DNA from: an uncultured Candidatus Entotheonella sp.
GTDB taxonomy: Bacteria; Tectomicrobia; Entotheonellia; Entotheonellales; Entotheonellaceae
Assembly (NCBI GenBank): GCA_965215335.1
Contig: CBDCDA010000001.1
Location: forward strand, 2,016,001 to 2,080,000
Length of the DNA stretch: 64,000 nucleotides
Direction: 5' to 3'
Under the pieces are notes generated by a model, which saw nothing but the letters and a program-made list of their open reading frames with translations, did not search any database and was not told where the DNA came from. Position 1 is the stretch's first letter. Every line of letters starts with the position of its first letter. The position numbers were made by a program, and so were the translations under genes. Positions 20,823-30,679 of this stretch are shown here, piece after piece.

Positions 20823-22367
20823 ATGACGAGACGCAAGCTGCCCATCGGCCTGCAGACCTTTCGCACGCTGCGCGAGGCGGACTGTTACTACGTTGACAAG
20901 ACACCCTACATCCGGCGGCTGATGGCGGAGGGCACGCACTACTTTCTGTCGCGCCCGCGGCGCTTCGGCAAGAGCCTGTTTCTGGACACGCTGAAGGAGT
21001 TGTTCGAGGGCAGCGAGACGCTGTTCGCCGGGCTGGACATCCACCGTCGCTGGGACTGGTCGGTGCGTCACCCGGTGGTGCGCCTCGACTTCAGCGGTGG
21101 TGACTACCAGGACCCGGACGGGTTGCGCAGGAACGTGATGGCGCAACTGGACGGCATCGAGCGTTGGGCGCAGGTGACGGTGGGGGGGTCGGGTCCCGAG
21201 CGGTTTGGCTTTCTGCTGGAAGCGCTGCACCGCAAGGCGGGCCGGCGTGTGGTCGTGTTGATCGACGAATACGACAAGCCGATCCTGGACGCGTTGGCGT
21301 TGCCAGAGCTTGCGCGCGCCAACCGCGACTATCTGCGCAGCCTGTACGCGAACGTCAAGTTTGCGGACGCGCACGTCCGCTTCACCTTTCTCACTGGCGT
21401 CAGCAAGTTCTCCAAGGTCAGCCTGTTCTCCGGCCTCAACAACCTCAAGGACATCACCCTGGACCGGCGCTATTCGGCGATCTGCGGCTACACGGAAGCG
21501 GATTTGGATATCGTGTTCGCGCCCGAGCTCGACGACCTGGACCGGGCGGCGATCCGCGACTGGTACAACGGCTACTGCTGGCGCGGCACGGAGAAGGTGT
21601 ACAACCCCTACGACGTGCTGCTGCTGTTCGACAGCCGCGAGTTCAGCGCCCACTGGTTCGAGACCGCGACGCCAACATTCTTGGTGGAGACCCTGTTCCA
21701 GCACCGCGTCACCTCGGTATCGCTCGGCGAGACGGTGAGCACCGGGGAGTTGCTGTCGACGTTTGACGTGGACCACATCGGCACCGAGGCGCTGCTGTTC
21801 CAGACCGGCTGTCTGACCATCGTGTCGGAAGAAAACGTGGGCGGCGAGGCACTGTACCGGCTTGGCTACCCGAACCGCGAGGTGCGTCAGAGCCTGAACC
21901 GCAGTCTGCTGCACCATCTGGTGCAGGACACGGCGCGGCAGACGGTGAACAGTATCCGTTTGTACCGCCTGCTGGAGGCGAACGACTTCGCGGCGATGCA
22001 GGCGTTGTTCCAGGCGTTTTTTGCGAGCATTCCGTACGAGTGGTACACGAACAACGACATCGCGCGTTACGAGGGCTACTATGCGAGCGTGTTCTACTCG
22101 TACTTTGCGGCGCTGGGCTTCGAGATCGTGGTGGAAGACAGCAGCAACCACGGCCGCCTGGACATGGCGGTGCGGGCGTTCGGCCACGTCTACCTGTTCG
22201 AGTTCAAGGTGGTGGAACTGGGGCCCGAGGGGACCGCGCTGGCGCAGCTCAAGGAACGGGGCTATGCGGCCAGGTACCGTGGCCGCGGGGAGTCGGTCCA
22301 TCTGATCGGGGTGGAATTCAGCCGCGAGACGCGCAACGTGACGGCGTTCGAGGTGGTGGCGGGCTGA
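20823..22367 (+). CDS. AAA-ATPase-like protein with C-terminal PD-(D/E)XK nuclease domain
   Basis: LPIGLQTF, YYVDKT, SRPRRFGKS (Walker A), LIDEYD (Walker B), WYNGY, YPNREV, GRLD...FEFK. Confidence 0.9.
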   Translation: MTRRKLPIGLQTFRTLREADCYYVDKTPYIRRLMAEGTHYFLSRPRRFGKSLFLDTLKELFEGSETLFAGLDIHRRWDWSVRHPVVRLDFSGGDYQDPDGLRRNVMAQLDGIERWAQVTVGGSGPERFGFLLEALHRKAGRRVVVLIDEYDKPILDALALPELARANRDYLRSLYANVKFADAHVRFTFLTGVSKFSKVSLFSGLNNLKDITLDRRYSAICGYTEADLDIVFAPELDDLDRAAIRDWYNGYCWRGTEKVYNPYDVLLLFDSREFSAHWFETATPTFLVETLFQHRVTSVSLGETVSTGELLSTFDVDHIGTEALLFQTGCLTIVSEENVGGEALYRLGYPNREVRQSLNRSLLHHLVQDTARQTVNSIRLYRLLEANDFAAMQALFQAFFASIPYEWYTNNDIARYEGYYASVFYSYFAALGFEIVVEDSSNHGRLDMAVRAFGHVYLFEFKVVELGPEGTALAQLKERGYAARYRGRGESVHLIGVEFSRETRNVTAFEVVAG

Positions 22368-22437
22368 CCGGCGTTGCGCGTCATGCGGTGCTCTTGGATG
22401 GCTTCGATACCCGCGAACCTGAGCATCAGCCACTGAG

Positions 22438-23235
22438 TCAGCCGATCGTAAGTTGGGTGCACAGATCATCCATCTCCTGCTGCAGCATGGGGGGTATGCC
22501 TGCGTTTAGGTGGGCGAGAAACTCGCGATTGCCCTTGGGACCGGACAGGGGGGAAGGGATGGCCGCGCGTAGCGCCAGCCCGCATGTCTGCGCCGCGGTC
22601 AGAACGGCCTGCAAAACCTGCCGGTGCTGCCTCGCATCACGGACCACGCCGCCTTTGCCGACTTCGCCTTTGCCGACCTCGAATTGCGGTTTGACGAGCA
22701 GGATCGCCTCGGCTTGCGGCGCCAGCAGGGGGACGAGGGCCGGAAGCAGCAGGCGCAGCGAGATGAACGAGGCGTCCACCGTCAAGAGGTTCATGCGTTC
22801 CGGGAAGTCGTGCGGCGTCAGGTGGCGGGCGTTGGTGCGTTCACGCAAGACGACGCGCGGGTCGTTGCGCAGCCGCCAGTGCAACTGGCCGTAGCCCACG
22901 TCCACGGCGTAGACGCGCCGGGCGCCGGCTTGCAGGAGGCAGTCGGTAAAGCCGCCCGTGGCGGCGCCGACGTCAAGGGCGGTGGCGCCCTGCACCCGGC
23001 AATCGAACGCCTCGAACCCTGCCGTCAGTTTCTCGCCACCGCGGCTGACGTACCGGCTCGGGTTGCCCAGCAGCCGCACGTCCGCCCGGGCGGCCACCCG
23101 CGTCCCGCATTGCGTCAGGCGCTGGCCGTCCACGGCGACCTTGCCAGCCAGGATCAACGCCTGGGCCTGGGTCCGGCTCGGCGCCAGACCTCGTTGCCAC
23201 ACCAGGATGTCGAGTCGTTCCCGTTCGGCGGCCAC
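22438..23235 (-). CDS. tlyA: TlyA family rRNA methyltransferase
   Basis: S4 domain RLD...GLAPSR.QAQ, YVSRGGEKL, LDVGAATGGFTDCLLQ.GA, VKPQFE, GN.EF. Confidence 0.95.
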   Translation of the reverse strand: MAAERERLDILVWQRGLAPSRTQAQALILAGKVAVDGQRLTQCGTRVAARADVRLLGNPSRYVSRGGEKLTAGFEAFDCRVQGATALDVGAATGGFTDCLLQAGARRVYAVDVGYGQLHWRLRNDPRVVLRERTNARHLTPHDFPERMNLLTVDASFISLRLLLPALVPLLAPQAEAILLVKPQFEVGKGEVGKGGVVRDARQHRQVLQAVLTAAQTCGLALRAAIPSPLSGPKGNREFLAHLNAGIPPMLQQEMDDLCTQLTIG

Positions 23236-23246
23236 GTGCGCCCTGC

Positions 23247-24140
23247 TCAGACCTTGCGGTTCACGATGAAACGGGCCAGTTGCCGCAGCCGCTCGGCGTC
23301 GTGGTCAAAATCGTCGAGCGCCTTGAGCGCTTCGTGCAGCAACGCCGCGGCGTGTTGGCGTGAGGCTGCCATGCCGAGCAGCGCCGGATAGGTCGCCTTG
23401 CCGTGCTGCGCGTCCTGCCCGACCTGTTTGCCCAGCGCGGTGCTGTCGCCTTCCACGTCCAGAACGTCATCGGCGATCTGGAACGCCAGTCCGATGGCCT
23501 GTCCGTAGCGCTCCAGCGCCTCCAACTGCGCCGCCGAGCCGCCGCCGAGCAAGCCGCCGATGGTGACGGCCGCGCCGATCAGGGCGGCCGTCTTGTGGCG
23601 GTGGATATAGTCGAGCACGTCGAGCGTCACCTCCCGGCCTTCCGAGTCCATGTCCACCACCTGGCCCCCGACCATGCCGGCGCAGCCCGCTGCGCGCGCC
23701 AGGCGGTGCGTGGCTTCCAGCAATACGGCGGGCGCAAACCGGGTCGTCGGAGCAGGTCCGGTCATGACTTCGAACGCGCAGGTCAGCAGGGCGTCGCCAG
23801 CGAGGATGGCGACCGCCTCGCCGAAAACCTTGTGGCTGGTGCGTTGGCCGCGCCGGTAATCATCGTCGTCCATGGCGGGCAGGTCGTCGTGGATGAGCGA
23901 GTAGGTGTGCACGAGTTCTATCGCGCAGGCGGCGGGAAGCACCGCCTCGGAGTCGCCACCGACTGCGTCGGTGGCCGCCAGCAGCAGGGTGGGGCGTACG
24001 CGCTTGCCGCCGGCGAACACGCTGTAGCGCATGGCCTCGGACAGCACCTGCGGGTGGGCGTCAGAGGCGGGAAGATGGTGATCGAGAGCGGCCTCAAGAC
24101 GCTGTTGCTGCGCTTGCAGATACGGCTCCAGGAGTTGCAC
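23247..24140 (-). CDS. ispA: Farnesyl/geranylgeranyl diphosphate synthase
   Basis: GGKRVRP, SLIHDDLPAMDDDDYRRG, AILAGDAL, KTAALI, FQIADDVLD, KATYP; GTG start after GGAGG. Confidence 0.95.
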   Translation of the reverse strand: MQLLEPYLQAQQQRLEAALDHHLPASDAHPQVLSEAMRYSVFAGGKRVRPTLLLAATDAVGGDSEAVLPAACAIELVHTYSLIHDDLPAMDDDDYRRGQRTSHKVFGEAVAILAGDALLTCAFEVMTGPAPTTRFAPAVLLEATHRLARAAGCAGMVGGQVVDMDSEGREVTLDVLDYIHRHKTAALIGAAVTIGGLLGGGSAAQLEALERYGQAIGLAFQIADDVLDVEGDSTALGKQVGQDAQHGKATYPALLGMAASRQHAAALLHEALKALDDFDHDAERLRQLARFIVNRKV

Positions 24141-24150
24141 CGAACCTCCC

Positions 24151-24414
24151 CTAGAAGGGGATTTCCTCCTGACCGCTGCCACCCCCGCTATCCTCCTGAA
24201 TGGCGAAGGGCTCAGGGGTCAGGGTACCGTCGTCGGCCTGCAGGATGTCGATGCGCTTTTCAGCCCGTTGCAGTTGCTGCGTGCAGTGGCGGTACATCGA
24301 CACCCCCTCCTCGTAAAACTGCACGGATTTCTCCAGATCGAGATCGTCCGTTTCCAGCGCCTCGACGATCTCTTCAAGTCGCTTCAGTGCCTGCTCGAAG
24401 GTCAGATCGGCCAT
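24151..24414 (-). CDS. xseB: Exodeoxyribonuclease VII small subunit
   Basis: TFEQALKRLEEIVEALE...LEKSVQFYEEG...L.RAE. Confidence 0.93.
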   Translation of the reverse strand: MADLTFEQALKRLEEIVEALETDDLDLEKSVQFYEEGVSMYRHCTQQLQRAEKRIDILQADDGTLTPEPFAIQEDSGGGSGQEEIPF

Positions 24415-24418
24415 GTCG

Positions 24419-25819
24419 TTATCCTTCCCCAGCCTCTCCCGCAAGGGGAGGGGCCTCATTTTCCCGGACATCGTCAACCGTGCAGGCGAGTTGTCCGTCG
24501 TGCAGAACCAGTTCCACATGCTGCCCCGGCTTTACAGGCACGGCACGGGTGATGAGCTGTTGCGTGGCGGCGTCGCGACAAATGCCGTAACCGCGTGCCA
24601 GAATGGCCAGCGGGCTGAGAGAGTGCAGCTTGCCGCCGAGGCCGTGCAGCGTTTGACGGCGCAGGTTGAGGCAGGAGCGGGTGACTGTCTCAAGGCGGCG
24701 GCGTTGGATGTCGAGATGCGCGTGCTGCCGTTGCCAGCGCCATCTCGGGCTCGACCTGGCCAGTGCCCTGGCGGCGGTTTCCAGACGCTGGGCGCGGCTC
24801 TGCACATCGTTCAGCCAGGCTTTGTCGAGCTGCAGCAGCAGGTCGTCGACCTGCTGCTGCCGCGCTTGCACGAAGCGGTGCGGTGCGCGGAACGGGCGCG
24901 CCGATGACAGGTGCTCCAGGGCAGTGGCCGAGCGCCTGAGGGCATGCTGCACAACGGTATGCATGCGCGCCAGCAGCGCCCCGGCTTGCTGGCTCAGTTC
25001 TTCGGCGCTCTTGACCACCAGTTCCGCCGCTGCCGAGGGCGTGGAGGCGCGCAGGTCAGCGACGAAATCGGCGATGGTGGTATCGGTCTCGTGTCCGACC
25101 GCCGAGATGACCGGGATTTCCGAACCGGCTATCGCCCACGCCACGGCCTCTTCGTTGAACGCCCACAGATCTTCCAGCGAGCCGCCACCACGGCCCACGA
25201 TCAGCACGTCGAGGGGCGGCTCGAAGGCGTTCAGCGCCGCGATGGCGCGCACGATTTCCCCGGCGGCTTCCTTGCCTTGCACCCGCACCGGATAGAGAAA
25301 CAGGTGCACGTTGGCGGCCCGCCGGTGGGCGACCTGGATGATGTCGCGGATGGCGGCGCCGGTGGGCGAGGTGACAATGCCGATGCGCTGCGGCATGACG
25401 GGCAGGGGCAGCTTGCGGTCTTCGTCGAACAGCCCTTCCTGGAACAGCCGCTCCTTCAATTGCTCGAAGGCGATTTGCAGTGCGCCGATGCCCTTCGGCT
25501 CGATGGCTTCGGCGATCAACTGGTAGTCGCCGCGCGGCTCGTAGACGCTCAGGCGCCCACGGGCGATCACCTGCATGCCCGCCTCCGGCGTGAACGGCAG
25601 CTGCCGCACCGCCGAGCGAAACATGACCGTGCGCAGTTGGCTTTTGGCGTCTTTGAGCGTGAAATAGGCGTGGCCGCTTTGCACCAGACGCAGGTTGGAT
25701 ATCTCGCCCTCGATCCACACCAGGGGATAGGAATCCTCCAGAATCTCCTTGATTTCCTGGGTGACCTGGCTGACCGTCAGGATGCGGCCAAAGGGGGATT
25801 CAAACGGCGGCGACTGCAA
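24419..25819 (-). CDS. xseA: Exodeoxyribonuclease VII large subunit
   Basis: WIEGEISN, SGHAYFTLKD, TSPTGAAIRD, VGRGGGSLEDLWAFNEE, SAVGHETD, LSPLAILARGY; TTG start inferred from GAGG spacing. Confidence 0.95.
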   Translation of the reverse strand: MQSPPFESPFGRILTVSQVTQEIKEILEDSYPLVWIEGEISNLRLVQSGHAYFTLKDAKSQLRTVMFRSAVRQLPFTPEAGMQVIARGRLSVYEPRGDYQLIAEAIEPKGIGALQIAFEQLKERLFQEGLFDEDRKLPLPVMPQRIGIVTSPTGAAIRDIIQVAHRRAANVHLFLYPVRVQGKEAAGEIVRAIAALNAFEPPLDVLIVGRGGGSLEDLWAFNEEAVAWAIAGSEIPVISAVGHETDTTIADFVADLRASTPSAAAELVVKSAEELSQQAGALLARMHTVVQHALRRSATALEHLSSARPFRAPHRFVQARQQQVDDLLLQLDKAWLNDVQSRAQRLETAARALARSSPRWRWQRQHAHLDIQRRRLETVTRSCLNLRRQTLHGLGGKLHSLSPLAILARGYGICRDAATQQLITRAVPVKPGQHVELVLHDGQLACTVDDVRENEAPPLAGEAGEG

Positions 25820-26107
25820 GGTCAAACCTCGTTTTCTGGGTATGTTGGGCGTTTTGGGAGGCAGCATTGTACAGCAAAAGGCCATCATTGCAACGCGCCC
25901 ATCGGCGCTCTGAGGGATGCGGCGCCTCTGAACGGCCGTCTTGCTTTCGTCGGGGGGCTTTCGGCAAGATAAGTTCGCGAGACAGGCTCTGATGGGCCGC
26001 GTCTCACGGCACACGAAAAAGTGCGTGGCCGACCCGTGCTGCCGCATCGGTTCCCAACACACCGTCAGCCCACCATGCCTATGACCGCCCCACGCTACCC
26101 CGCATCC

Positions 26108-26269
26108 GGAGACGTCCTGAAAGCCCGCGCGCCACGCACCAGCGCCATCCTCACTGGCCGCGGCGCCAAGCCCGAGATCGCCGACTACGCGGACCTGGTG
26201 AGCGAGATGCGCGAGGTGAAGCACCCGTATGCAGTCGGCATCAAGGCGCAGCGCGGCCTCGACTTCTGA
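26108..26269 (+). pseudogene. cobO: C-terminal remnant of cob(I)yrinic acid a,c-diamide adenosyltransferase
   Basis: VLKAR...AILTGRGAKPEIADYADLVSEMREVKHPY..GIKAQRGLDF* is the CobO/BtuR C-terminus; the P-loop N-terminus is missing. Confidence 0.85.
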
Positions 26270-26321
26270 CCCCATACTGGCGGATCCTGAGTGTTTGTCG
26301 TTTGTGCTGCGACAGCCCGCA

Positions 26322-26351
26322 TTGACACGCACGCCGGCCTGCCGTTACCAT
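26322..26351 (+). promoter_or_regulatory. sigma70-type promoter of the btu operon
   Basis: TTGACA (26322-27), 18-nt spacer, TACCAT (26346-51), directly upstream of the riboswitch. Confidence 0.65.
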
Positions 26352-26359
26352 ACCGCCAC

Positions 26360-26532
26360 ACTGAGAAAGCCGGGTTGCACCGCAGCGCCCGCTGCGATCA
26401 GGGAAGATGGTGCGAAGCCATCGCTGTCCCGCAACTGTAAGCGGAACGAAATCTGCAACGGCCACTGAGGCAGCCGCCTCGGGAAGGCGCAGAGAGTAGG
26501 TTGCAAGCCGCAAGCCAGGAAACCTGCCCGGA
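26360..26532 (+). ncRNA. Cobalamin riboswitch
   Basis: AGGGAA-GATGGTGCGAAGCCATC-GCTGTCCCGCAACTGT, GCCACTG...GGGAAGGC and B12 box AAGCCAGGAAACCTGCC, upstream of a btuB-like gene. Confidence 0.93.
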
Positions 26533-26738
26533 CTTTTTCACTGGAGAAACCTTTCGAGGGAGAGGGTGCCAGTGAAGGTCATACATTCCAACCGCTCCGG
26601 TTGTTCTTCTCACGCCTTCCACGTGTCAACGATTCGTTCTCGTTTGCCACACCCCTGGCATCCCCTTGCCTCCCGACGGCGGGTCGGCGGTTTGCCCCGC
26701 TTGGCGCGCTGCCTGATACGTTACGGGAGAGGGGATCA

Positions 26739-28631
26739 ATGCATCGCAAGAGTTCAAGCTTCATCGCTGTTTGCCTGTTCGTAGTCCTGGGGCTCCAGGC
26801 GCCTGTCGCCTGGGCGCAGCAGGACGAGAATTCTTTCCGGCTCGACCCGCTGATCGTCACCGCCACCCGCTCGGCAGAGCGGCTGAGCCAGACGACCCGC
26901 TCGGTGACCGTCATCAGCGCCGAGGACATCGCGGCGCAGGGCGCCCATACGGTCGCGGACGCGTTGCGCAGCGTTCCCGGTCTGGACGTGGTGCGAACTG
27001 GCAGGCTGGGCGGGCTGACGAGCATCTTCATGCGCGGTAGTAAGTCGGATCAAACGGTTGTGCTGATCGACGGAGTAAAGGTGAATCTTGCCGGGGGTGA
27101 GATCGATCTGGCGAACTTGTCAGTGGACAACGTCGAGCGCATCGAGGTGGTGCGCGGTTCGGCGAGCACGCTATACGGCAGCAGCGCCATGGGAGGGGTC
27201 ATCCACATCGTCACCAGGCGGGGCAGCGGTCCGCTGAGCGCCAGTCTGAGCGTCAGCAGCGGCAGTTTCGGCACCCATGACCAGCGCGCTGCCGTAGCTG
27301 CCGGAATAGCCTGGGGAAGCTTGTCGGTGGCCGCCAGCCGCGTCGATTCGGATGGGCACCTGGCGTTCAACAACCAGTACGATAACGCCAACCTGTCGCT
27401 GCGTGCCGACCTGTCGCCGGACGAGCACACGAACCTCGACATCACGTTGCATCACACCGACAGCGAGTTCCACTTTCCCACCGACGGCACTGGGGCTGTT
27501 ACACGCCGCCACCAGTTCAGCACCACGCACGAGACCGCCATGGGGCTGCGCGGCGCTCGCGCCTTGGCACCTTGGTGGAACAGCAGCCTGCAACTGGGCT
27601 TCCACCAGCGTAAGCACCGTCTCTATCCCGATTCATACCTTGAGGGAGATTCCCCCTCCACCCGCGACGAAGAACGTCTGGCAATCGACTGGCAGTCGGT
27701 ACTGGACATCAATCTCGGCGACCTTACCCTGGGGGTGGCGTACGAGGATGATGAGAACAAGGAAACCGAGGTCCGCCGGCACAACACCGCCGGATACGCG
27801 CAGCTTCGCTTGAAGCCGTTGGAACCCCTGGTGCTGGTCGGCGGCCTGCGGGCCGACGGGCACAGCGAGTTCGGCACCGAACTGACGTATCAGGTCTCAG
27901 CCGCCTATTTCCTGCCCGGTGGCACCAAGTTGCGAGCGGCCCTCGGCACCGGCTTCAAGGAACCCTCGTGGGGGGAGATTTTTTCGACCCTCTTTACCAT
28001 GGGCAATCCCGATCTGGAGCCGGAGCGCAGCGTGACGTGGGAATTGGGGATCGAGCAGCGGTTGTGGGAGGATCAACTTCGGCTTGAGGCGATCTATTTC
28101 TCCAGTCGTTTCGAGGACCTGATCGGCTACAAACATACGGGTTTCCCGCCGACGGCGCCCAACTACTTCAACGTCCAGGAAGCCCGAGCGGATGGGGTGG
28201 AACTGTCCGTTGCCGTCGCGCCGACGCCGGCCTGGACGCTTGGCGCCGCATATACCTGGTTGCGCAGCGAGGCCATCGATCCAGGTGCCAGCGGCGGACC
28301 GGGATTCGTTGAGGGTGAACCGCTGCAGCGCCGGCCGGAACACAAGGTGTGGCTGTTCGGCCAATACACGCGCGGACGCTTCGACGGGCGGCTGGATTTG
28401 TACCATATCGGGAAGCGCCCCGACGTTGACTGGTCCCTTTACGAGCGAGTGGACAACCCCGCGTACACCAAGGTGAACGTGGCTTTCAGCTACAAGCTCA
28501 TGGAAAGCGAGCGGCGCACGCTGGAGCTGTTCGGTCGGGTGGAAAACCTCTTCGACGAGGACTACGAGGAGGCGTACGGATATGAGGCCCCCGGCTTTGC
28601 CGCCTTTGGCGGTATCCGAATGACGCTGTAA
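26739..28631 (+). CDS. btuB: TonB-dependent cobalamin receptor
   Basis: Signal peptide, LIVTATR, VLIDGV, ERIEVVRGSASTLYGS.AMGGVI, GNPDLEPE, VENLFDEDY; riboswitch context. Confidence 0.9.
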   Translation: MHRKSSSFIAVCLFVVLGLQAPVAWAQQDENSFRLDPLIVTATRSAERLSQTTRSVTVISAEDIAAQGAHTVADALRSVPGLDVVRTGRLGGLTSIFMRGSKSDQTVVLIDGVKVNLAGGEIDLANLSVDNVERIEVVRGSASTLYGSSAMGGVIHIVTRRGSGPLSASLSVSSGSFGTHDQRAAVAAGIAWGSLSVAASRVDSDGHLAFNNQYDNANLSLRADLSPDEHTNLDITLHHTDSEFHFPTDGTGAVTRRHQFSTTHETAMGLRGARALAPWWNSSLQLGFHQRKHRLYPDSYLEGDSPSTRDEERLAIDWQSVLDINLGDLTLGVAYEDDENKETEVRRHNTAGYAQLRLKPLEPLVLVGGLRADGHSEFGTELTYQVSAAYFLPGGTKLRAALGTGFKEPSWGEIFSTLFTMGNPDLEPERSVTWELGIEQRLWEDQLRLEAIYFSSRFEDLIGYKHTGFPPTAPNYFNVQEARADGVELSVAVAPTPAWTLGAAYTWLRSEAIDPGASGGPGFVEGEPLQRRPEHKVWLFGQYTRGRFDGRLDLYHIGKRPDVDWSLYERVDNPAYTKVNVAFSYKLMESERRTLELFGRVENLFDEDYEEAYGYEAPGFAAFGGIRMTL

Positions 28632-28652
28632 GGCACGGCAGGAGAGCAAGAA

Positions 28653-29648
28653 ATGGTCAGGCGGATTGCAGGACGCGCGACTGCCGCGGTCGTGCCGGCG
28701 GTCTTGATCGTGCTTGGCGTCGTGGCGGTCGCGGCCACCGGCGGCACGACGCGGCTGTCGCTGCTCGGCGCGCGGCCCTTTCACGCCACGCAGGTCGTCG
28801 GGCAGGACTTCCCCAAGTGGCTGATCGACCCGTCCGGAATGCCGCAGACGCTTGCCGCGCCGCCGAACCGCATCCTGTCGGGGGTGCTGGCCAGCGACGA
28901 AATCCTTACCGCCCTGGTGCTGCCCGAGCGCTTGGCCGGGGTGACGTATCTGGTCGACGAGCCGGGCTTGTCCGACGTTGCCAGGCTGTTGCCGCCGGAT
29001 CTGCCGCGCATCCACGCCGAGCCCGAAACCATGCTGGCCTTGCGGCCCGATCTGGTGGTGCTGGCCAGTTACACGCGCGCCACCACGGTTCGGCTGTTGG
29101 TGGCGGCGGGCATTCCGGTGGTGCGTTTCCAGTGGTACCGCTCGTTTGCCGACATCATGGACTCGATCCGCATGCTGGCTGCCGCGGTGGGCGCGGACGA
29201 CAACGGCGCGCGGCTTGTCGACGACATGCGGCGGCGCATCGCCGACGTGCAAGAACGGGCGCGGGGTCTGCCGCGGCCGCGCGTGCTGTATTACGGCGGG
29301 GGCGGCTACTCGGCCGGTGAGGACGCTCTCATCGACGCCATGATTTCCCTGGCTGGCGGGCACAACGTGGCGCGGGACGTGGGCCTGCATGGCCAGGCAC
29401 GGCTGCCCCTGGAGATCGCCGTCAGCCTGCGGCCCGAGGTGATCCTGGTTTCGGAGTGGGAGCGGATAACGGGCGGTAACCGCGCCGCGGCGTTTCTGCA
29501 TCACCCGGTCTGGGCCGAGGTGCCGGCCGTTCAGGCGGGCCGTGTCTATGGCATTAACGGCGCCTGGCTCAGTTCGGTGTCCCACTATTCGGTCAAGGCG
29601 CTCGAAGCCATCGCACGGGTGCTGCATCCCGAGGCACTTGCCCTGTGA
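28653..29648 (+). CDS. btuF: Cobalamin ABC transporter substrate-binding protein
   Basis: PPNRILS..LASDEIL, E..LALRPDLV, AGGHNVA, W..VPAVQAGRVY. Confidence 0.85.
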   Translation: MVRRIAGRATAAVVPAVLIVLGVVAVAATGGTTRLSLLGARPFHATQVVGQDFPKWLIDPSGMPQTLAAPPNRILSGVLASDEILTALVLPERLAGVTYLVDEPGLSDVARLLPPDLPRIHAEPETMLALRPDLVVLASYTRATTVRLLVAAGIPVVRFQWYRSFADIMDSIRMLAAAVGADDNGARLVDDMRRRIADVQERARGLPRPRVLYYGGGGYSAGEDALIDAMISLAGGHNVARDVGLHGQARLPLEIAVSLRPEVILVSEWERITGGNRAAAFLHHPVWAEVPAVQAGRVYGINGAWLSSVSHYSVKALEAIARVLHPEALAL

Positions 29649-30679
29649 GACGGCGGCAGCGAGTCCTGGCGTGTGCGCTGGCCGGGCTGGGGCTGGTCGC
29701 CGCCGTGCTGGCGGGGACGACGTACGGCTCGGTGTCGATCCCCTGGCGGCATCTCGCCGGCATCCTGGCGCACGCCGCCGGTTTGCCGATAACGCCGGAC
29801 TGGCCGACGTGGGAAGCCACCGTGCTGCTGCACGTTCGCCTGCCGCGCGTGCTGGTGGGACTGTGCGTGGGCGGTGGCCTGGCGCTGTGTGGTGCTGCCT
29901 TGCAAGCCCTGTTCCGCAATCCCCTGGCGGATCCCGGGGTGCTTGGGGTGTCATCCGGCGCCGCTCTGGGCGCCGTCATCGCCCTGTACCTCGGTCTGGC
30001 CGCCCACTCCGTCTGGCCTCTGCCCATCCTGGCCTGCGGCTCGGCCGGCCTCACCGCCTTCGTCGTCTACGGTATTGCCACCCGGCGCGGTCAGACGCCG
30101 ATCGGCACCCTGTTGTTGGCGGGCGTCGCGGTCGGCAGCCTGAACGCCGCCCTGACGTCGTTCGTGCTGTCGCTATCCCTTGCCAATTTCGACATCGGCC
30201 GCCAACTCATCCTGTGGCTCCTGGGCGGCCTGGACGGGCGCACCTGGGAACACGTCAAGCTCGTCGCGCCCGTCACCCTGCTCGCCGCCGGCCTGATCAT
30301 CGCCTACGCCCGCGACCTGGACGTGCTACTGCTGGGCGACGTGCATGCCGTCTCGGTCGGCGTGCACGTGGTGCGGGTGCGCCGGGTGCTGATTATCGCC
30401 ACCTCGCTGGTCACGGGCGCAGGTGTTGCCGTTTCGGGTGTCATCGGCTTCGTCGGCCTGATCATTCCCCATATCCTGCGCCGCTTGATCGGGCCGCACC
30501 ATCAGTGGCTGCTGCCCCTCGCCCTGGTTGTCGGCGCCGCCTTCCTGGTGTTCGCCGATTGCCTGGCGCGCGCCCTGATCGCCCCCGAAGAACTGCGCCT
30601 CGGCGTTCTCACCGCCCTCATCGGCGCGCCCTTCTTTCTCTTCCTGCTGATAAGGCACCGGCGCGAAGGTCTGCTGTGA
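29645..30679 (+). CDS. btuC: FecCD/BtuC family ABC permease
   Basis: VRLPRV, LQALFRNPLADPGVLGVSSGA, GVIGFVGLIIPH, IGAPFFL. Confidence 0.93.
   Translation: MRRRQRVLACALAGLGLVAAVLAGTTYGSVSIPWRHLAGILAHAAGLPITPDWPTWEATVLLHVRLPRVLVGLCVGGGLALCGAALQALFRNPLADPGVLGVSSGAALGAVIALYLGLAAHSVWPLPILACGSAGLTAFVVYGIATRRGQTPIGTLLLAGVAVGSLNAALTSFVLSLSLANFDIGRQLILWLLGGLDGRTWEHVKLVAPVTLLAAGLIIAYARDLDVLLLGDVHAVSVGVHVVRVRRVLIIATSLVTGAGVAVSGVIGFVGLIIPHILRRLIGPHHQWLLPLALVVGAAFLVFADCLARALIAPEELRLGVLTALIGAPFFLFLLIRHRREGLL

Noticed and set aside
25985..26022. Hammerhead-like CTGATG...GAAA
   Set aside because: The core reads CUGAUGG rather than CUGANGA, and the stems do not abut the GAAA correctly.
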